Positions 9,542-19,103 of a stretch of DNA of 64,000 bases are shown one piece after another; position 1 is the first letter of the stretch, and every line of letters begins with the position of its first letter. The position numbers and the translations under genes are program-made. This DNA comes from an uncultured Umboniibacter sp. (GTDB lineage: Bacteria; Pseudomonadota; Gammaproteobacteria; Pseudomonadales; DSM-25080): contig NZ_CANMGY010000002.1 of NCBI RefSeq assembly GCF_947497555.1, positions 239,080 to 303,079 on the forward strand, in the 5' to 3' direction. Below the pieces are notes generated by a model. That model saw only the letters and a program-made list of their open reading frames with translations. It made no database searches and was not told where the DNA came from.

Positions 9542-12379
9542 TTAGAAGGTGTAAGACGCGCCTAGCATATACGACGAACCATAGGTCTGGTACTCGGTAG
9601 CGTAACCGGTGTTGACGTCAACGGTACGGAACGGCTCGTTAGTCAAGTTCAAACCTTGAAGCATGACGGTCAGACCTTCGAGTGAACCGCTGTCAAACGA
9701 GTAGCCGATTTGCGCATCGACAATCGTTTCCTCTGCGATATCCGAACCTGTGCGTGCACCACCGAAGCCTGAGACCTCACCAACGTAATCCGAGCGGTAA
9801 CGCTGGTTGATACGTGCAGAGAAACCATGATCTTCGTAGTAAGCGGTTAGGTTATAAACATCTTCAGACAAACCTGGAAGACGAGAGTTTGAGCCTGGAC
9901 CGTTTGGTTCAATTTCACTCTCGTTATTCGAGTAAGTAGCGAAGATTCCGAAGCCGCTAAGTGACTCTGCAAAGAGTCCGAAGTTAATCGATGCGGTTAG
10001 CTCGTAACCTTCAATTGTTCCACCTTCGCCATTGACAGGTTGGTTACTTACACCGGTGTAAATTTGCGGTGCCGGACCCTGTGGAGGTATACCTGTAAAG
10101 TCAAAAAGTACGTTCTGATTGAAGATATAGCTCTCTAGATCTTTATAGAACACCGCGCCCGACACATAGCTTAAGCCATCTTCGAAGTAGTATTCGTAGG
10201 AAAGATCGATGGCATCGGCAACCCAAGGAGTGAGTTCAATGTTACCACCGCCACGGCTCCATGGAGAAAGCTGCTGATAAGCACTAATTTCAGATGTACC
10301 CGATGCAATCAATGCATCAATGTCAGCCTGAGTAGTGTTAGCATTGTTGGCGTTATAACCATAGGTACCGGACGCACGCATTTCATCCATACGCGGACGA
10401 GCGAGTGTTCTCGCCAAACCTAGACGAACGATTTGATCGTCGGTTACCGCCAAGCTTAGATTCAAGCTCGGAAGAAGCTCGGAATCGCTTGCCTCGCCTT
10501 CATAGTACTCAGACTGAATACTCGAACCTGCGCCGGTCGCATTCTGACCGCGTGAATCCTGGTCCCAGAATTGATACTGGACACCGAAGTTACCCGTTAA
10601 TGGCATATCACCAATTTCAGCATCAACATCAAACTTCACGTACACCGTATTCACGGCCTCGTTCACTTCCCATGCTTTTGCAAGAATATCGTTATAGAGA
10701 TATGCGCCTTGCTGAATAACGCCACTGGCGAGAAGTGCTGAGGGATCGTAAGCTAGCATAGAGGTATTTGAGCCACGTAGGCCAAAGCCCAGTGAGGTCT
10801 CGCCTACAATACCGGCCGGAATCTCAACTTTATCTAGTAGCTCGCCATCAGGACCGGTCACGTTACTCGTGATAACGCCTTCATTCGAAACCCGAGTCTT
10901 TTCTCGGCTTGTGTAGTTGTAACCCATTTCAACGCCGGTCACGACACCGAAATCTAGGTCACCCGTAACCGCCGCTCGGAAAGCATTAATGTCATCGGAA
11001 ACGTCAAAAACTTTATTGTAACCGAACTGACCTGCTGGCTGATAAGGTTCCAGCGCGCTTGGATCACCCCAACCCGCGGGGCTGGTGACATAGATAGGAT
11101 TAGCTGAATTGTAATCAACATTAGTGTAATCCAACGCTGTTTCGAACTGAGTGCCATCTGGAGTTGACCAGAAGTGGATAGTATCTAGCGCACCTTGACC
11201 ATTTGGTCCTGTGCCAGCGTTGGTTTCTAGTTCAGAGATATCGCTACGATCAATACTTGAGTGAGAAACGTCTGCTTCCATACTCCACTGATCATTAAGT
11301 TGGAATTCAAAATTGAAACCAACCGACAATGATTCCGCGTCACGCTTGAACTGATTATTCTCTAAAATGTTTTTGACGCCGTCGTAGATACCTTCGGTTA
11401 CGACACCATCTTGGGTGTCAATAACGGTCATGGTTGCACCACAAGCCAAACAAAGCGCCATACCATGCTTAATTTGATCTTCAGTGAATTCAGAGTAGAA
11501 CACGTCCATTGATGCGCTCATACGGTCTGACGGTGCAAATTCAACCGTGGTAACAAAGCTATCTCGCTCTAACATTCCTGCGCGAGCGTACAAGCGGCCA
11601 CCGCCAATTGCGTTATTGCCGTTGCCGTCACCATTGTAGTAACCCCAAGAATTGAAATGCTGACCTTGGTTAGGTGATTTGGTGTGTGAGTAGCCCAACA
11701 TCAAGCCAATCGTTTCATCGGCAAACTGATCGATGTAGGTTGCACTGAAACGGTTACCCGTATTATCACGGTTCGAAACTAAATCATAATCAAGCGCTTC
11801 GTACTTAGCGTTGATAGTAATATTACGTTCACCGTACTCAAGTGGACGAACAGTATGCAGATCAACGGTACCAGAAAGACCTTGACCTATTAGCGCGGCA
11901 TCTGGCGTTTTGTAAACCACTGCTCCATGCAATAGTTCCGATGGGTATTGGTCAAACTCAACGCCGCGGTTATCACCAACAGAAACCTGCTCACGACCGT
12001 TGAGAAGCCCGGTTGAGAAGTCCGGCGACATACCACGTACGGCGACAACTTGACCACGTCCGTTCAAACGTTGAACCGTAAGACCCGGCAAACGACCTAA
12101 GCTTTCGGCGATAGAAACGTCTGGGAGTTTACCGATGTCTTCAGCAGAAATAGCTTCAACAATGGACGAGCTGTCGCGCTTAGTCGCGACGGAATCTTCA
12201 AGGCTCGCTCGGAAGCCTGTAATAACGACTTCTTCTACTACAGCTTCTTCCTGAGTCTGAGCTTGAGTTTGAGTTTGATCTTGATCTTGCGCGTGCAAAG
12301 CACCCGCACTGACACCCCCCAGTATCATTGAAATACTGGCTGCTAGGCGTGAACGACGGAACGTATTCACTGCTGGCAT
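9542..12379 (-). CDS. TonB-dependent outer-membrane receptor (carbohydrate-type, Xanthomonas/Caulobacter-like subfamily)
   Basis: 945 aa. It has a signal peptide ending ALHAQ, a low-complexity DQDQTQTQAQTQ linker, a plug region (VVITGFR...S..AIS.EDIGK.PD.SIAESL.R.PG) and a C-terminal ...GASYTF barrel terminus. Confidence 0.9.
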   Translation of the reverse strand: MPAVNTFRRSRLAASISMILGGVSAGALHAQDQDQTQTQAQTQEEAVVEEVVITGFRASLEDSVATKRDSSSIVEAISAEDIGKLPDVSIAESLGRLPGLTVQRLNGRGQVVAVRGMSPDFSTGLLNGREQVSVGDNRGVEFDQYPSELLHGAVVYKTPDAALIGQGLSGTVDLHTVRPLEYGERNITINAKYEALDYDLVSNRDNTGNRFSATYIDQFADETIGLMLGYSHTKSPNQGQHFNSWGYYNGDGNGNNAIGGGRLYARAGMLERDSFVTTVEFAPSDRMSASMDVFYSEFTEDQIKHGMALCLACGATMTVIDTQDGVVTEGIYDGVKNILENNQFKRDAESLSVGFNFEFQLNDQWSMEADVSHSSIDRSDISELETNAGTGPNGQGALDTIHFWSTPDGTQFETALDYTNVDYNSANPIYVTSPAGWGDPSALEPYQPAGQFGYNKVFDVSDDINAFRAAVTGDLDFGVVTGVEMGYNYTSREKTRVSNEGVITSNVTGPDGELLDKVEIPAGIVGETSLGFGLRGSNTSMLAYDPSALLASGVIQQGAYLYNDILAKAWEVNEAVNTVYVKFDVDAEIGDMPLTGNFGVQYQFWDQDSRGQNATGAGSSIQSEYYEGEASDSELLPSLNLSLAVTDDQIVRLGLARTLARPRMDEMRASGTYGYNANNANTTQADIDALIASGTSEISAYQQLSPWSRGGGNIELTPWVADAIDLSYEYYFEDGLSYVSGAVFYKDLESYIFNQNVLFDFTGIPPQGPAPQIYTGVSNQPVNGEGGTIEGYELTASINFGLFAESLSGFGIFATYSNNESEIEPNGPGSNSRLPGLSEDVYNLTAYYEDHGFSARINQRYRSDYVGEVSGFGGARTGSDIAEETIVDAQIGYSFDSGSLEGLTVMLQGLNLTNEPFRTVDVNTGYATEYQTYGSSYMLGASYTF

Positions 12380-12550
12380 GTTAACTTCCCCTTGTGTAAA
12401 TAAGTCTGAGACGTATTTAAAGTTATTATTATTTCAGCATTGTTGGCGCTCACATCTTGGTCGACAACCTGCTTCGTTACCGCTAACAAGCTAGCTCGCG
12501 GCACCCGCTTTTGCGAGTTACAGCATTCTTATACAGTCGACGCAAGTTCG

Positions 12551-12573
12551 CCTCCCCCATTGGGGGGGGGAGG
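12551..12573 (-). promoter_or_regulatory. C8-ATT-G9AGG inverted repeat carrying a MalT-box-like GGGGGAGG arm (copy 1 of 3)
   Basis: The plus strand reads cctcccccattgggggggggagg. It ends 172 nt upstream of the receptor ATG. Related copies lie at 38324-38344 and 41151-41169. Confidence 0.5.
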
Positions 12574-12643
12574 TATATAGCGGACAGCCCTTATAGCGAC
12601 TAGAACTAACAGGATAACTCAAGGAAATAGGTGTTTACAGGTC

Positions 12644-13531
12644 TTAGTCCTGACTTAATACCTGCTCTAGAGCGGTTTCCGATGGCGCAAAGTAATAACT
12701 GCCCGATACGGCATCGGAGAAGGCTAAGATATGATCGCTCACACCATCCTCGGTTAAACCGTACATGGAGTCCAACTGTAGCTGATGACGTCGTTGATCA
12801 CAGCTAAAACTAAGGAAGTAGAGACCATGTTTACTTGGCGTGCCGTAGGGACTGGATCTGCGCCAGACTTTTGTTGGCACCCCATTTAAATCCACATCGG
12901 TTCGTGCAACATGAGAATTATTTGGCATCTTATCACCACTTAACTCTTCATTCGTTGCTTTATCACGACCAATCACTGCACTCTGTTCGCTGTCATCCAG
13001 CGCCAAGAACTTTGCCAGTTTGTGAACCCATTGCTGAGTTAGGACGACACTGCCACCCTCACCAGGCTGCCCGTCAGGGACCAATGCTGCCTGCTTAATC
13101 GCGCTACCTTTAGGGTTAGCACTGCCGTCCTCAAAGGTCATCAAGTCTTTGGACTCTCGGTAATCAAAGCCATTGATCTCTCTTTCGATGGACATCGACC
13201 TTCCAAGGGCCTGAGCAAGACGAAAGCTGACTTCGAAGATATCCGAGTCTTCGCCCTGAAGCCAAATGAACAAATCATTCTGAGTAGTCGGAGCGGTTGC
13301 TCCTGAAGGACTTTCTAGCATTTGAAAATCACGAAAATGATCCGGTGTCTCAACCTCTAAGAGGTGAGCTAACTTTCGACCAAAAGCGACCACAACCTCT
13401 ACACTACTCTGCTGTCGTAACGCTATGATCGCCTTTTTCACGTCTGCCAAGCTGACAGACTTTTTCAGACTGAATTCAAGAAATAGACGATGATTATGGC
13501 CATCGCTAAAAATGCTTTGCTGAGGTTTCAA
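12644..13531 (-). CDS. Dyp-type (dye-decolorizing) heme peroxidase family protein
   Basis: 295 aa. FEDGSANP corresponds to the DyP G.KDGT.NP motif. The overall length fits the YfeX/EfeB-like cytoplasmic class, and no signal peptide is present. Confidence 0.75.
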   Translation of the reverse strand: MKPQQSIFSDGHNHRLFLEFSLKKSVSLADVKKAIIALRQQSSVEVVVAFGRKLAHLLEVETPDHFRDFQMLESPSGATAPTTQNDLFIWLQGEDSDIFEVSFRLAQALGRSMSIEREINGFDYRESKDLMTFEDGSANPKGSAIKQAALVPDGQPGEGGSVVLTQQWVHKLAKFLALDDSEQSAVIGRDKATNEELSGDKMPNNSHVARTDVDLNGVPTKVWRRSSPYGTPSKHGLYFLSFSCDQRRHQLQLDSMYGLTEDGVSDHILAFSDAVSGSYYFAPSETALEQVLSQD

Positions 13532-13635
13532 CGGTTATCTCCTTGGCGAATTGCATTGATAATCATAGCTAAACGATGAGCTTAGTGACAACGAAGCTTC
13601 CGAAAATTAGTATGCTAGCGCCTGCAGGAGCTAAG

Positions 13636-14322
13636 TTAGCGGCCCGCCAAACGAGCTCGGCGCTGACGCCAATCGGGCATCATGCTTTCCACTAACCGCC
13701 AATAGGCGGGGCTATGGTTCATCTCCTTGAGATGGCAGAGTTCATGCACGATAACATAATCAATTTGCTCAATCGCTTGGTGAACCAACATAGTGCTAAA
13801 GCGGATTCTACCATCGGCAGAGCAACTCCCCCACCGGCTGCGCATTTTACGCAAGGTCCAGGTTGGTTGCGGGACATCCCAGGTTTCAATTATCGGCAGC
13901 CATACATCCCAGCGTTGGGCAATCATCGAGCTTAGTTCGCTCCGCAGAAAACGCGCGAGATGCGCCTCGTCTGGAGAGGTAATGACTCCCGAACTATAGT
14001 GCGTAGGCCCTCGGCCAACACGCAGCGCAACGGTTTCCGAAAAAAAACGGATCTGATCGTCGGCGTGATGCCTAGCGACTGTTGCACTCTTTTGCTTTGC
14101 CCACGTTGAATGTTCAGTCAAAAATGCTTCAGCTTGCTGGCTCGTGACCCCAACGGGAGTGCGAATCTCTACGTCGCCACTGGGCATAATCACTAAGGCC
14201 AATTTTGTCCGTCTAGGATGGGTCTTGTGTTGCCAAATTACACCGTTATCAAGCACTCCCGAAGAGGGGTAAGTCACCCCACCAATAGCCTTATTACGCG
14301 TTCCAAAACCAAAAAGCCCCAC
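13636..14322 (-). CDS. YgjP-like metallopeptidase-fold protein (DUF45 / M48 superfamily)
   Basis: It has HELCHLKEMNHSPAYW (HExxH plus NHS..FW) near the C-terminus. The GTG start lies 5 nt after the fieF stop. Confidence 0.75.
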   Translation of the reverse strand: MGLFGFGTRNKAIGGVTYPSSGVLDNGVIWQHKTHPRRTKLALVIMPSGDVEIRTPVGVTSQQAEAFLTEHSTWAKQKSATVARHHADDQIRFFSETVALRVGRGPTHYSSGVITSPDEAHLARFLRSELSSMIAQRWDVWLPIIETWDVPQPTWTLRKMRSRWGSCSADGRIRFSTMLVHQAIEQIDYVIVHELCHLKEMNHSPAYWRLVESMMPDWRQRRARLAGR

Positions 14323-14327
14323 GTTGT

Positions 14328-15251
14328 TTAACTTTCTTGATTGGAGAATGGATGTGCTTCCGGGACCACACTAATTGGATCCTGATGCACTAGTACTTCT
14401 GCATTGGCAAATAAGCCCATGACGCTCGCCTCCACCTGCTCGGCTATTTGATGGGCTTCAATAAGCGGCATCTGATCGGGTAATTCAAGATGCATTTGCA
14501 CAAAGACCACCCCTCCCGAATCACGTGTTCTCAGATCATGCAAACCAATAACTTTCGGAACCGAGCGAACCTGTTGCACAATTCGTTCGCGGGTCTCATC
14601 GTCAAGTTCCTTATCTAAAAGCAGATCAATCGCTTCACTCGCGATTTCCCACGCCGAATAAGCAATATAGAAACCAATGAGAACACCCAGCCACGCATCC
14701 ACGCCTTCAAAGCCATAAGCCGCTAAAACGAGCGCTACGATCACCGCAATATTGGCGAGAATATCGGATAAATAATGCAATGAGTCAGCAGAAACCACGG
14801 TCGAAGCGGTGCGCCTCACGACATAACGTTGAAACAGCACCAACGAAATAGTAAGTATTAACGACAGCGCCATCACCACAATGGCGATGCTGGCGAAATT
14901 GAGCTCAGTCGGATTGCTAATTCTATCGATGGCATAAAACAACAAAAACACCGACGACAAGGCAATGAGAATAGACTGTAGCAAGGAGGCTAAGGCTTCA
15001 GCCTTACCATGGCCAAAACGATGGTCGTCATCGGCTGGCTTGAGGGCATAGCGGATAGCCAACAAGTTGATGAGCGACGCTCCCGCATCCATTACTGAAT
15101 CGATAAGAGAGGCCATCAGACTCACGGAATCGCTGTACCACCATGCACCTAACTTCGCCGCAACCAACGTAATCGCGACACTAATTGACGCGATAGATAC
15201 CCAACGCAGTAGTTTCTCTCTTCGCTCCGCAGTGATCAGATGTTCGCCCAT
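14328..15251 (-). CDS. fieF: cation diffusion facilitator family transporter (FieF/YiiP-like)
   Basis: 307 aa with six N-terminal TM segments. SLIDSVMDAGAS and HYLSDILANIAV carry the CDF metal-site D/H residues. A C-terminal cytoplasmic domain is present. Confidence 0.85.
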   Translation of the reverse strand: MGEHLITAERREKLLRWVSIASISVAITLVAAKLGAWWYSDSVSLMASLIDSVMDAGASLINLLAIRYALKPADDDHRFGHGKAEALASLLQSILIALSSVFLLFYAIDRISNPTELNFASIAIVVMALSLILTISLVLFQRYVVRRTASTVVSADSLHYLSDILANIAVIVALVLAAYGFEGVDAWLGVLIGFYIAYSAWEIASEAIDLLLDKELDDETRERIVQQVRSVPKVIGLHDLRTRDSGGVVFVQMHLELPDQMPLIEAHQIAEQVEASVMGLFANAEVLVHQDPISVVPEAHPFSNQES

Positions 15252-15370
15252 GTTTACCTCGCTAACTAACTAGCGCACATCATACGTAAGTTTCCTGTAG
15301 AAAGGGATACTTCTCGTTTAAATTTTGGGTATAGTTCCGATACTAAAATTTAAAATCATGAGGTGATAAC

Positions 15371-17653
15371 GTGCGCTCACTCGTCATAGCTCTGTCGTTA
15401 AGCTTGCTACTAGTTGGCTGTAACCAGGAAGATAACACTTGGCAACCCGCCAACGGATTTATTGGCTTAACTACCGATACCTCCAGCAACCAGTTGCACT
15501 TGGATGTGCCAAAGGACTTAGGTGAACTACTTTATTACCCAAGTTTAGCCCGCGGTATAGGCTCTAATGATATCGGGCTGGATCGAGGACTCCTTGGCGA
15601 CACCAAAATAGTCAGCTTCGTTGCGGCGGGTGAACGTCTCCTGTTGGTAGAGCATAATATGCGCTACCGAAGCACCTCTGCTAACCCCGCGGAAACTCAA
15701 GCAGTGGAGGAAGCCTTTCCCGATCATGTAATCTGGTCATTCCCCATTATCAACGCTAACGATACCCACTGGCGCGTGGATGCCACCGATTTTGCCTTCT
15801 CTGATTCAATGGCCGTTAGCGACTGGCTAGCCAGTATGGATCAAGGGTCATATACCGCTAATCAAGCGCGCTCAATGATTCATTGGGATCGAAGTAAGGC
15901 CTTTCCTGAAAACCTCGAAATCGAAGCGGTAGTGAGCTTCACCGGCACGGGTGCTGGATCCTACCTTGACGATGTAGTAAGTAACACAGATGGCTTTACC
16001 GTCTATTTACATCATTCATTTCTAAAGTTGCCTGAGGATGGGTTCGACGTGCGCCCTTATCATCCTAATAGCGGCTACTTCTCAGTAGCATGGCAAGATT
16101 ACACCGTTGGTTTGCACGAGGATCTAACCGTCCGAGTGATACCGCGTCATCGTCTAGAAAAGATGAACCCCGATGCGGCAAGCTCGCCGGCAGTTGAACC
16201 CATTATCTACTACCTTGATCCAGGGGTGCCTGAACCCGTTAAGACCGCGCTATTTGACGGTGGCATGTGGTGGAACCAAGCCTTTGAGGCCATTGGCTAT
16301 GAGGATGCGTTCCAGATTCGCGAACTACCCGAGGGGGCTGATCCCATGGATGCCCGCTATAACGTGATCAACTGGGTTCACCGAGCCACGCGCGGTTGGT
16401 CCTATGGCGCGTCAGTGATCGATCCACGAACTGGGGAAATCATAAAAGGTCACGTGACACTAGGCTCGCTTCGCGTTCGTCAGGATATTCTTATTGCCGA
16501 CGCGCTACTCGATCAAACCAATTCAGCCGAAGCCGAAGCAATGGCCCTCGCCCGTATCCGCCAACTATCCGCACACGAAATTGGCCATACCCTAGGAATT
16601 GCCCATAACTTTGCGGCCAGCGAACGCAATCGTGCTTCGGTTATGGACTATCCGCATCCGCTCATCGACATCGCCAGCGGCGCAATTAGTCTTGCAGAGG
16701 CCTACGATAACGCTATTGGCGAATGGGACACCTTAGTTGTGGACTACGGCTACGGCGACGATTTCGAGGCCGCTAAGAATGCACTGCTTCGTTCGGATAT
16801 TGGCTATGTCAGTGACTACGAGGCACGCCCCCTCGGTGGCGGCTCTGCCAGTGGTCATCTCTGGGATAATGGCGCCGATCCGGTTAACGAGCTTGATCGA
16901 CTGGTAGCGATCCGTGAGCTTGCTCTGTCACGTCTCAGCTTGAATGCCATCGACAACTCAGATCCAATTGGCCAGCTTGATAAGGTGGTCGTGCCGGTTT
17001 ACAACCTTACCCGTTTCCAAGTTGAGGCCGTAGCAAAGCAAATTGGAGGCTATCACCTCTTGGCAAACTTGGCGGCTGATCCCGCCGCATTTATCTGGGT
17101 AGATAAAGCAAAGCAAATCGCCGCTGCGGATAGCCTTCTACGTACTCTGGAAGCGGATTTTCTGCTATTACCGGACTCCCTCGCACAGCAGCTGGCTCCG
17201 ATGCCCATTGGTTTTAGCCGAGATAGGGAATCATCGCCATCACAGTTGGGGCGCCTCATTGATCAACGCGCAATGGCCGAGGCATACACTCGCCATGTTC
17301 TGGCAGCAATGCTTGCTCCGCAGCGCTTGAATCGCCTATCACAGGCGATGTCACCGCTTAGCGTCGACGAGTACCTTACTCTGATCTTCGAACGCGTTGC
17401 GGCGATGCCAAACCAGTCGCCATTTAACGAACGTAGCCAATATCTATTGGCACGCTCATTCGGTGACGTGCTGGCAAATCCAGCGACACGAGAAGAAGTG
17501 AAAGCAACACTTCAATGGCAGCTAAAGGGTTGGATTGAAGAACTTGATACAACCACCGCTAGCGGCTTCCGTTTGCATCAGTTGCTCACTGAAGCTATGG
17601 GCAAGATAGCACCCAGTGAGGCACAGGTACTTCCACCGGGTTCTCCAATCTAG
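15371..17653 (+). CDS. zinc-dependent metalloprotease lipoprotein (met-zincin, DUF4953/DUF5117-like)
   Basis: 760 aa. It has a lipobox LLLVGC, a zinc motif HEIGHTLGIAHNF (HExxHxxGxxH) and a downstream SVMDYP. Confidence 0.8.
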   Translation: MRSLVIALSLSLLLVGCNQEDNTWQPANGFIGLTTDTSSNQLHLDVPKDLGELLYYPSLARGIGSNDIGLDRGLLGDTKIVSFVAAGERLLLVEHNMRYRSTSANPAETQAVEEAFPDHVIWSFPIINANDTHWRVDATDFAFSDSMAVSDWLASMDQGSYTANQARSMIHWDRSKAFPENLEIEAVVSFTGTGAGSYLDDVVSNTDGFTVYLHHSFLKLPEDGFDVRPYHPNSGYFSVAWQDYTVGLHEDLTVRVIPRHRLEKMNPDAASSPAVEPIIYYLDPGVPEPVKTALFDGGMWWNQAFEAIGYEDAFQIRELPEGADPMDARYNVINWVHRATRGWSYGASVIDPRTGEIIKGHVTLGSLRVRQDILIADALLDQTNSAEAEAMALARIRQLSAHEIGHTLGIAHNFAASERNRASVMDYPHPLIDIASGAISLAEAYDNAIGEWDTLVVDYGYGDDFEAAKNALLRSDIGYVSDYEARPLGGGSASGHLWDNGADPVNELDRLVAIRELALSRLSLNAIDNSDPIGQLDKVVVPVYNLTRFQVEAVAKQIGGYHLLANLAADPAAFIWVDKAKQIAAADSLLRTLEADFLLLPDSLAQQLAPMPIGFSRDRESSPSQLGRLIDQRAMAEAYTRHVLAAMLAPQRLNRLSQAMSPLSVDEYLTLIFERVAAMPNQSPFNERSQYLLARSFGDVLANPATREEVKATLQWQLKGWIEELDTTTASGFRLHQLLTEAMGKIAPSEAQVLPPGSPI

Positions 17654-17796
17654 CAGCGTGTAAATAGCGAGTCTCGCCGTTCATAAAGTTGAACAGCGAG
17701 GCTCAAGTAGCAACCATTCAGTCCCGCCTCGACGCAATATTCAGCAGCAATCAATCGGCTAATAATGGTACACTTCAGACATTACTGGAGGCTTAC

Positions 17797-19089
17797 ATGC
17801 ACACCCAAGAAGAACAACTCAAATTCGACGCTGGCCACATTTGGCATCCCTACTCATCCGCGACCAATCCGTCTCCCACATTCCTGGTCGAGCGCTGTGA
17901 GGGTGTCACCATTGAACTCGCCGATGGCCGTCAACTCATCGACGGCATGAGTTCTTGGTGGTGTACTGTTCACGGCTACAACCATCCCCGCCTCAACCAA
18001 GCGATGACCGAGCAAATTGCTAAGATGTCGCATGTGATGTTCGGCGGCTTTACTCACAACCCCGCTGTGGAACTATCGCGTCGTTTAGTTGATTTAACCC
18101 CGCAGGGGCTCGAGCGTGTTTTCTTGGCTGACTCAGGGTCGGTATCCGTGGAAGTTGCCATCAAGATGGCCATTCAATATCAAGCGTCTCGAGGGAAGCC
18201 TCAGAAGCACCGTATTATGACAGTGCGCAACGGCTATCACGGCGATACCTTCGGCGCCATGGCTACCTGTGACCCGGTAACCGGCATGCATCACTTGTTT
18301 CAGCAGAGCATGCCTCAGCAACTTTTCGCCGACGCACCGCCCCTTGGCTTCGAGCGAGCGTTTCAACCTAGTGATTTAGACTCTGTGAGAGATTTACTTG
18401 CTCATCATGCAGGGGACACGGCGGCCTTTATTATCGAGCCCATTACTCAGGGTGCCGGTGGCATGCGATTCTATTCGCCCGATTACCTCGCCGCGCTCGC
18501 CGAACTCTGTAAAGCCAACGATGTGCTGTTAATCGCTGACGAAATCGCCACAGGATTTGGTCGTACGGGTAAGTTATTTGCCGTGGAACACGCTGGCATC
18601 TGTCCGGATATTCTCTGCTTGGGTAAAGCGCTCACCGGAGGTACTATGACGCTAGCCGCAACGCTCTGTACTGCAGAGGTTGCTAATGGAATTTCACACG
18701 GAGAGGCTGGCGTATTCATGCACGGCCCAACCTTCATGGGCAACCCGCTCGCTTGTCGAGTTGCCTGTGAAAGCATCGATCTGCTCATTGAGAATGATTG
18801 GTCGAACCAGGTGAGTGAGATTGAGAAAACCCTGATTGAAGAACTCTCACCACTTAGTGACAATGATTCGGTGGCAACGATTCGCGTTCTAGGCGCGATG
18901 GGTGTGATCGAAATGAAACACCCTGTAGATCTCAACGAGATTCAGCCACTGCTAGTTGAACAGGGGGTTTGGCTTCGCCCATTTGGCAAGCTGATTTATA
19001 TGATGCCTCCATTTGTCATTACGAAGACAGAGTTGCAGCAGCTGTGTCGTGCTACTGCAACGGTCATTGAACAACTCCAACAACAATAA
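17797..19089 (+). CDS. bioA: adenosylmethionine-8-amino-7-oxononanoate aminotransferase
   Basis: Start trimmed to ATG 17797, which has a GGAG 7 nt upstream. FDAGHIWHPYSS, SSWWCTVHGYNHP and LIADEIATGFGRTGKLFA are BioA hallmarks. Confidence 0.9.
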   Translation: MHTQEEQLKFDAGHIWHPYSSATNPSPTFLVERCEGVTIELADGRQLIDGMSSWWCTVHGYNHPRLNQAMTEQIAKMSHVMFGGFTHNPAVELSRRLVDLTPQGLERVFLADSGSVSVEVAIKMAIQYQASRGKPQKHRIMTVRNGYHGDTFGAMATCDPVTGMHHLFQQSMPQQLFADAPPLGFERAFQPSDLDSVRDLLAHHAGDTAAFIIEPITQGAGGMRFYSPDYLAALAELCKANDVLLIADEIATGFGRTGKLFAVEHAGICPDILCLGKALTGGTMTLAATLCTAEVANGISHGEAGVFMHGPTFMGNPLACRVACESIDLLIENDWSNQVSEIEKTLIEELSPLSDNDSVATIRVLGAMGVIEMKHPVDLNEIQPLLVEQGVWLRPFGKLIYMMPPFVITKTELQQLCRATATVIEQLQQQ

Positions 19090-19103
19090 TAAGTAGGTAA
19101 ATT

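Noticed and set aside
12476-12487. GTTACCGCTAAC near-palindrome upstream of the first TonB-dependent receptor, as a second LacI-type operator. The similar GTCACCGTTGAC lies at 50384-50395.
   Set aside because: Both are imperfect 12-mers with mismatches in the arms and differ from the perfect palindrome at 46747-46760. This is easily explained by chance.
18483-18935. 150-aa ORF antisense to bioA. Similar long antisense ORFs lie at 31120-31497, 61660-62055, 8409-8768 and 1598-1981.
   Set aside because: Each lies entirely within, and opposite to, a gene with unmistakable family motifs. Their products are low-complexity (Ser/Arg/Pro/His-rich mirror translations) and have no start-site signals. 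The ORF at 61660-62055 is just the reverse reading of the EEH repeat.
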